Shown here: piece by piece, positions 58,454 to 64,000 of the stretch
Layout of the letters: each line of letters opens with the position of its first letter
Numbering within the stretch: position 1 is the first letter of the stretch
From: Polyangiaceae bacterium
Lineage (GTDB): Bacteria > Myxococcota_A > Polyangia > Polyangiales > Polyangiaceae
Reading direction: 5' to 3'
DNA length: 64,000 bases
NCBI GenBank assembly: GCA_035063585.1
Contig: JAPSGB010000008.1
Coordinates: 192,001-256,000 of the forward strand
Program-made: the position numbers and the translations under genes
The notes under the pieces: model-generated
Seen by the model: only the letters and a program-made list of their open reading frames with translations
What the model was told of the DNA's origin: nothing
Databases searched by the model: none

Positions 58454-59701
58454 ATGACGAAGTCACTCTTCGAGCTGGGTGAGGTTCCGGAGCTGGGTGA
58501 GGTTCCGGAGCAGATGTTGGCCCAGGTCATCCGGCGCGAGCGCTTCGGGGAGCCGGCGACCGCGTTCCAGCGCGAGGTCCTGGCGGTGCCCGAGCTCGGG
58601 CCGCGCGACGTGCTCATCTACGTGATGGCGGCCGGAGTGAACTACAACAACGTGTGGGCCGGGCTCGGCGTCCCACTCGACGTCATCAAGTCGCGGCAAA
58701 AGGCGGGCGAGCCGGAGGATTTCCACGTGGGCGGCTCCGACGCGAGCGGCATCGTGTGGAAGGTGGGCGAGGCCGTCACCGGCGTGAAGGTCGGCGACGA
58801 GGTGGTCGTGCACTGCGGCTGGTGGGCGCCCGACGATCCGGACGTCCTCGCCGGCAAGGACCCGATGCTGGCCGGCAGCCAGAAGATCTGGGGCTACGAG
58901 ACCAACTACGGCAGCTTCGCGCAGTTTGCTCGCGTGCAGGATCACCAGTGCCTGCCAAAGCCGAAGCGCCTCTCATGGGAGGAGGCGGCGGCGTACATGC
59001 TGGTCGGCGCGACCGCGTACCGCATGCTCCACGGCTGGACGGGCAACGAGGTCAAGCCGGGCGACGCGGTGCTCATCTGGGGCGGCGCCGGCGGGCTCGG
59101 CTCGATGGCGATCCAAATCGTGAAGGCCGCCGGCGCGAAGGCGGTCGCCGTCGTGAGCAGCGAGGACAAGTTCGACTACTGCCGTGAGCTCGGCGCGGCC
59201 GGCGTCATCAATCGGAAGGATTTTCACCACTTTGGCATGCTGCCGCACTGGAAGGACGACGCCGCCTACGGCGAGTGGTTGAAAGGTGCGCGCGCGTTCG
59301 GTCGCGCCTTCTGGGACGCGCTCGGCGAGCGGCGAAATCCGCAGATCGTCTTCGAGCACCCGGGCGAGTCCACCGTGCCGACCAGCGTGTTCGTGTGCGA
59401 CACGGGCGGCATGGTGGTCATCTGCGCCGGCACCACCGGCTATAACGCCACGCTCGATCTTCGTTACCACTGGATGCGTCAGAAGCGCTTCCAGGGCTCG
59501 CACTTCGCGAATGACGAGCAGGCGAGGGGGCTGAACGAGCTGGTGAGCGCCGGCAAGGTCGATCCGTGCCTCTCGCGCGTGTTCGACTTCGAGGAGACGG
59601 GCGTGTGCCACCAGCTCATGCGCGACAACCTGCACCCGAGCGGCAACATGGCCATCCTCGTGAACGCGCGGACCCGCGGCGAGACGACGCTCCGCCGCTG
59701 A
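58454..59701 (+). CDS. ccr: Crotonyl-CoA carboxylase/reductase
   Basis: [51 protein letters not shown] (CO2-binding Asn/aromatic/Glu/His present). Confidence 0.95.
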   Translation: MTKSLFELGEVPELGEVPEQMLAQVIRRERFGEPATAFQREVLAVPELGPRDVLIYVMAAGVNYNNVWAGLGVPLDVIKSRQKAGEPEDFHVGGSDASGIVWKVGEAVTGVKVGDEVVVHCGWWAPDDPDVLAGKDPMLAGSQKIWGYETNYGSFAQFARVQDHQCLPKPKRLSWEEAAAYMLVGATAYRMLHGWTGNEVKPGDAVLIWGGAGGLGSMAIQIVKAAGAKAVAVVSSEDKFDYCRELGAAGVINRKDFHHFGMLPHWKDDAAYGEWLKGARAFGRAFWDALGERRNPQIVFEHPGESTVPTSVFVCDTGGMVVICAGTTGYNATLDLRYHWMRQKRFQGSHFANDEQARGLNELVSAGKVDPCLSRVFDFEETGVCHQLMRDNLHPSGNMAILVNARTRGETTLRR

Positions 59702-59710
59702 GCGCGCGCG

Positions 59711-59848
59711 TCACCGAATCGCGGCGGCCGGCGCCGCGCTCGCGCCGGTCGGCGCCACGATGAAGCCGACACCGAGCATCAAGAGCAGGCCGACGGCGAA
59801 GCCGATGAGGCCGTTGCGGAGCAGGGGGCGAAGCTCGGACGTGGTCAT
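59711..59848 (-). CDS. 45-aa single-TM small protein (not in ORF track)
   Basis: MTTSELRPLLRNGLIGFAVGLLLMLGVGFIVAPTGASAAPAAAIR*; GC3-rich codons; preceded by a sigma54 promoter. Confidence 0.7.
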   Translation of the reverse strand: MTTSELRPLLRNGLIGFAVGLLLMLGVGFIVAPTGASAAPAAAIR

Positions 59849-59861
59849 GGTCGAGAGTGAA

Positions 59862-59878
59862 AGCAACGCACGTGCCAA
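59862..59878 (-). promoter_or_regulatory. Sigma54 (-24/-12) promoter
   Basis: Minus strand TTGGCACGTGCGTTGCT matches TGGCACG-N4-TTGCW. Confidence 0.8.
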
Positions 59879-60067
59879 GCGAAATTCAGGGATTTTCAGC
59901 CGTGCTCGGCTCGCACCGTGAACTCTGTGCCAGCGCGTGTGCCAAACGAGCGGCGCCGAGTGCCGTTTCGGCGCGGCCGGCGTCCCGTCTCGAGCCGGCG
60001 GCGAACCGGCGCCGGCCGCGCCGGACCGACCCCTGGCCCCTTTGGCGAGCGCCGCCGCCGGACGCCC

Positions 60068-62353
60068 TCACGAGGCGGGCGCGGTTGCCTTCGCGGTGAC
60101 GTCGAAGACGAGCTTGCCGTCGCGGAAATCGACCACGAGCGCGCCGCCGTGCTCGAGCTCGCCGAAGAGCAGCGCGTCGCCGAGCGGGCGCTTGAGCTCA
60201 TCCTGGATGAGGCGGGCGAGGGGACGCGCGCCGTTGTCTTTGTCGTAACCGTCCGTGGCGAGGTGCTCGCGCGCGGCTCGGGTGAGTGAGACGGTGACCT
60301 CGCGCTCGGCGAGCTGCTCGGCGAGCTCCTTCACGAATTTGTCGACGACCAGACCCATCACCTCGGGCGACAGCGGATCGAACGCGATGCGCGCGTCGAG
60401 TCGGTTTCGGAACTCCGGGCTGAAGGTGCGCTTGAAGGCGGCGTCGTCGCGCCCGCTCGAGTCGCGCTCGCCGAAGCCGAGCGGGCGCCGGGCGAGATCG
60501 GCGGCGCCGACGTTGCTCGTCATGATGAGGACGACGTGGCGGAAATCAGCCTTCTTGCCGTTGTTGTCGGTGAGCGTGCCGTGATCCATCACCTGGAGGA
60601 GCACGTTGAAGACGTCGGGGTGCGCCTTCTCGATCTCATCGAGCAGGAGCACCATGTGCGGCGTCTTGGCGATCGCCTCGGTGAGCAGCCCCCCGCGGTC
60701 GTAGCCGACGTAGCCCGGCGGCGCGCCGATCAGCCGCGAGACGGTGTGCCGCTCCATGTACTCGCTCATGTCGAAGCGGCAGAGCTCGATGCCCATGGTC
60801 TTCGCGAGCTGGCGGGCGACCTCCGTCTTGCCGACGCCGGTCGGCCCGGTGAAGAGATACGAGCCGATGGGCTTGTCGGGCGGGCGGAGCCCGGCGCGGC
60901 TCAGCTTGATGGCGGTCGCGAGCTCGCCGATGGCGCGATCCTGACCGAAGACCACCTGCGCGAGATCGGTCTCCAGGTTCCGTAGGGCCGTCTTGTCGTC
61001 GGTGCTCACCTGCCGCGGCGGGATCTGCGCCATGCGCGCCACCACCGCCTCGACCCGAGCGACCTCGACCACCGCGCGCTCGCCGTCCTCGAGCTTGGCG
61101 TCCGCCCCGGACTCGTCGAGCAAATCGATGGCCTTGTCGGGCTGCTTGCGATCGAAGAGGTGCTTGTCGGCGAGCGTCGCGCAGGCGCGGACGGCCTCGT
61201 CGCGGTAGGTGACGCCGTGGAACTCCTCGTAGCGCGGGCGGAGCCCTTCGAGGATTTGCACGGTCTCCTCGAGCGAGGGCTCGAGCACCTCGATCTTCTG
61301 GAAGCGGCGCGCGAGCGCGCGATCACGCTCGAGGTGCGAGCGATACTCCTCGAAGGTGGTCGCGCCGATGCAGCGGAGCTTCCCGCCCGCGAGCGCCGGC
61401 TTCAGGAGGTTCGCGGCGTCGAGGGCGCCGCCGCTCGCCGCCCCCGCCCCGATGATGGTGTGGAGCTCGTCGACGAACAAGATGGAACCCGGGCGCCCCT
61501 CGAGCTCCTTCAGCACGGCCTTGATGCGGTTCTCGAAGTCACCGCGGAACTTGGTGCCGGCGAGGAGCGCGCCCATGTCGAGCGCGTACACCACCGCCGA
61601 CTCGAGCGGCTTGGGCACCTCGTGCGCCGCGATCCTCGCGGCTAGCCCCTCGACGATGGCCGTCTTGCCGACGCCCGCGTCACCCACGAACACGGGGTTG
61701 TTCTTGCGGCGGCGGCTGAGCACCTGGATCGCGCGGCGGAGCTCCTTCTCGCGGCCGACCAGCGGCTCGAGCTCGCCGGCGAGCGCGCGCTCGTTCAGGT
61801 TCGTGGTGAAGCGCGCGAGCGCGTCCTTGCCGGGGAGCTCGCGCGAGCCGCCCGGGGACTCCTCGTCGTCCAGGTCGTCGACGCCGCCCGCCTCGCGCAA
61901 GAGATCGTCCGGGCCGCCGTCCTTCACGGTGCCGTGCGAGACGTAGCTCACGACGTCGTAGCGCGTCACGCCGACCTCGCCGAGCGCCTGGACCGCGTCC
62001 GAGTCCGCCTCGGAGAAGATCGCGATGAGCACGTTCTCGCCCTTGAGCTCCTGCTTGCCGCTCGACTCGACGTGGAGCGCGGCGCGCTGGAGCACGCGCT
62101 GAAACCCGCGCGAGGGGGCCGGATCGACGGGCTGCCCGTCGGGAGCGCGGGGCAGGTCGTCGTCCAGGAAGCGCGCGAGGCGCGCCTTGAGCTTGCCGAC
62201 GTCTCCCCCGCACTTCGCGACCACGCGCGCCGTGCCCTCGTCGAAGAGCAGCGCGTAGAGCAGGTGTTCGACCGTCATGAGGTCGTGCCCGCGGCGCTCC
62301 GCCTCGCGGGCAGCGAGGGAAATGGCGATCTCGACTTCGGCGCTGATCTTCAC
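60068..62353 (-). CDS. clpA: ATP-dependent Clp protease ATPase ClpA
   Basis: TVEHLLYALL, GDAGVGKT, GPTGVGKT, FDMSEYMERHTVSRLIG; follows clpS; GTG start 62353. Confidence 0.96.
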   Translation of the reverse strand: MKISAEVEIAISLAAREAERRGHDLMTVEHLLYALLFDEGTARVVAKCGGDVGKLKARLARFLDDDLPRAPDGQPVDPAPSRGFQRVLQRAALHVESSGKQELKGENVLIAIFSEADSDAVQALGEVGVTRYDVVSYVSHGTVKDGGPDDLLREAGGVDDLDDEESPGGSRELPGKDALARFTTNLNERALAGELEPLVGREKELRRAIQVLSRRRKNNPVFVGDAGVGKTAIVEGLAARIAAHEVPKPLESAVVYALDMGALLAGTKFRGDFENRIKAVLKELEGRPGSILFVDELHTIIGAGAASGGALDAANLLKPALAGGKLRCIGATTFEEYRSHLERDRALARRFQKIEVLEPSLEETVQILEGLRPRYEEFHGVTYRDEAVRACATLADKHLFDRKQPDKAIDLLDESGADAKLEDGERAVVEVARVEAVVARMAQIPPRQVSTDDKTALRNLETDLAQVVFGQDRAIGELATAIKLSRAGLRPPDKPIGSYLFTGPTGVGKTEVARQLAKTMGIELCRFDMSEYMERHTVSRLIGAPPGYVGYDRGGLLTEAIAKTPHMVLLLDEIEKAHPDVFNVLLQVMDHGTLTDNNGKKADFRHVVLIMTSNVGAADLARRPLGFGERDSSGRDDAAFKRTFSPEFRNRLDARIAFDPLSPEVMGLVVDKFVKELAEQLAEREVTVSLTRAAREHLATDGYDKDNGARPLARLIQDELKRPLGDALLFGELEHGGALVVDFRDGKLVFDVTAKATAPAS

Positions 62354-62404
62354 GGCAGTGGCACAGATCTTGTGTCTCCGGGGGGGCCTCGGCAAGCCCG
62401 CGGC

Positions 62405-62752
62405 TCACCCGTCGCTCTCGCCCGACTCCTCGGGCTCGGCGGTGCAGCGGAGCGGGTGACCGTGCTCCTTGGCGAAATCCATCACCTGAGCGACCTTGGT
62501 CTCGGCCACGTCGCGGCTATAGACGCCGACGATGCCGTAGCCCTTGTGGTGGACGCTCAGCATGATCTGGGTGGCTTCCGTCTCGCTCTTGAAGAAGAAC
62601 TTCATGATGACGACGATCACGAACTCCATGGTCGTGTAGTCGTCGTTGTGGAGCACGACCTGATAGCGCCGAGGCTTCTTCGCCCGGCGCTCCTCGGCGA
62701 CGCCGAGCTCGCCCGCTTCCTCGTGCTCCGGATCTGGCCGCTCGGTCGCCAT
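62405..62752 (-). CDS. clpS: Clp protease adaptor ClpS
   Basis: [35 protein letters not shown]. Confidence 0.97.
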   Translation of the reverse strand: MATERPDPEHEEAGELGVAEERRAKKPRRYQVVLHNDDYTTMEFVIVVIMKFFFKSETEATQIMLSVHHKGYGIVGVYSRDVAETKVAQVMDFAKEHGHPLRCTAEPEESGESDG

Positions 62753-62805
62753 CGCCGAGCGAGCTTACCAAGTTATGTCCGCGCGTGGGCGGCGTCGAGG
62801 GGTGC

Positions 62806-63585
62806 TCAGCGGCGGAGCCAGTCGGCGAGCGCGCGTACCGCGTCGACCAGGAAGTCATCGAGTGGCTTCGCGCCCCCGAAGCCGAGCGGAACGCCGGCTG
62901 ACTCGCCGAGCAAGCCGGCGCGCGCGGTCGCCTCCTCGGCCTCTCGTCGGCTCGTCGAGGCGCGGCGCTCGTCCGCCTCCAGGCGCCGCGCCTCTTCGAG
63001 CCCGCCGGTCTCGACGAACCGCATGATCCTTGGCAGCTCGCCGGCGTCGAGCCATACGCCGTGCGCGCGGCACTCGTCGATGATGACGCCGCTCGAGCGC
63101 CCAAAGTTGCGCCGGTTCATCGTGAGCTGGCACATGGGGCACTTGACGTAGACGACGGAGCTCGCGTCCGGAACGAACCGGCGCGGGCGGCGCGGCGTCT
63201 GCTCGCCGTACTTCTCGCGCTGCTCGAGCAGACCCCGAAGCAGCGCATGCTCGACGAACTGGCCGCCGCACTCCCCGCAGTCGAAGAGCGTGCCCGGGCC
63301 GCCGTGAAACTCCTGGAACGGGAGCTGGCAGCGCGTGCACGAGAGGCGGGACGGCGCGCCGTCGGGCTCGAGCCCGAGCGGCTCGCCGCACTCGGCGCAG
63401 AGCGCGTCGTCGGGCACGTTCATGTGAAAGCAGCCCGCGCACCGCACCGAGGCGATGGCGGCGTGGCACTCTGGGCAGCTCCGGAGCGTGCGCCGGACCT
63501 GTCGGCCGCAGCCGGGGCAGAAATACGCCCCGCGCGGGTGGCCGAGGCGCGGCGCGGCGCGGTACGGGTTGGACACGCGCGTCAT
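62806..63585 (-). CDS. Multi zinc-ribbon protein (double zinc ribbon plus two zf-TFIIB-like units)
   Basis: CPGC, CPEC, CAGC, CAEC, CTRC, CGEC, CPMC, CRAHGVWLDAGEL. Confidence 0.85.
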   Translation of the reverse strand: MTRVSNPYRAAPRLGHPRGAYFCPGCGRQVRRTLRSCPECHAAIASVRCAGCFHMNVPDDALCAECGEPLGLEPDGAPSRLSCTRCQLPFQEFHGGPGTLFDCGECGGQFVEHALLRGLLEQREKYGEQTPRRPRRFVPDASSVVYVKCPMCQLTMNRRNFGRSSGVIIDECRAHGVWLDAGELPRIMRFVETGGLEEARRLEADERRASTSRREAEEATARAGLLGESAGVPLGFGGAKPLDDFLVDAVRALADWLRR

Positions 63586-63668
63586 GGTAGCACCCGCGGC
63601 CGCCCGCTCGGAGCGCTCGAGGTGAGACGGCGCTTGCCACGAAGGGCCATGAAGACGACCATCGCGTC

Positions 63669-64000
63669 ATGGCGCGGCGCGCTCGACTGGCGGTTCTCGC
63701 CGTACTCGTCGCCGGGTGCGGGCCGGCAGAGGTGGGCGAAGGGCCGCTCGGCGAGCGCTCCGAGCGGGTGTCGGCGCCGTCCGACGCGTACTGCTCGATC
63801 ACGGTGACCGGAACCGGCACGATCGATCTCGAGGGCGACTACCTGCCGCACGTGATTCAGTGCGAGAACGGCGGCGCCGGCCTCGAGGCGCTGAAGGCGC
63901 AGGCGATCGCGGCGCGCTCGGTCGCCTACTACGCGATCGCGACCGGCGGCAGCATCTGCGACGGTCAAGGCTGCCAGGTGTACTCGTGCGGCGCGACGCC
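63669..64000 (+). CDS. SpoIID/LytB-domain lipoprotein (partial)
   Basis: Manual translation: MARRARLAVLAVLVAGC..LEGDYLPHVIQCENGG..EALKAQAIAARS..CQVY; runs off window. Confidence 0.82.
   Translation, partial: MARRARLAVLAVLVAGCGPAEVGEGPLGERSERVSAPSDAYCSITVTGTGTIDLEGDYLPHVIQCENGGAGLEALKAQAIAARSVAYYAIATGGSICDGQGCQVYSCGAT

Noticed and set aside
51738..59701. 3-hydroxypropionate bicycle (autotrophy), suggested by Chloroflexus-type Mcl and an Mch-like gene
   Set aside because: No malonyl-CoA reductase, propionyl-CoA synthase, Mct or Meh in the window; ccr plus mcd point to the EMC pathway
58454..59701. ccr as a polyketide extender-unit supply gene
   Set aside because: No PKS or NRPS nearby; the neighbours are primary-metabolism EMC genes

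Overview
High-GC (visually about 70%), gene-dense chromosomal segment of a myxobacterium (Myxococcota, probably Polyangiales, judged from the aglRQS-like motor genes, GYF/zinc-ribbon membrane proteins and many Cys-rich lipoproteins). I saw no rRNA, tRNA, CRISPR array, phage or IS. Housekeeping genes: ygfZ, mazG, rlmN, biotin carboxylase, phosphohexomutase, an M16 peptidase pair, lepA, rluB, pepP, lgt, mreB-mreC-mreD-mrdA-rodA, a SWIM-SNF2 helicase, 5-oxoprolinase and clpS-clpA. Most notable: (1) an ethylmalonyl-CoA pathway cluster (mch-like, mcd, mcl2, Chloroflexus-type mcl, ccr) split by a ClC-CBS gene, with mcl2 and mcl head-to-head across a 16-bp near-palindromic spacer; (2) two TolQ-TolR-TolR proton-motor operons back-to-back, one aglRQS-like with an identical 13-aa TM segment in AglQ and AglS; (3) two apparent pseudo-enzymes, a membrane pyrophosphatase homologue and a class II glutamine amidotransferase homologue, both lacking catalytic residues; (4) an unannotated 45-aa membrane peptide behind a consensus sigma54 promoter; (5) a probable CTG start codon; (6) recurring TANNNT boxes 7-11 nt before start codons, suggesting leaderless mRNAs. 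All family assignments come from motif recognition and recall, not from database searches.
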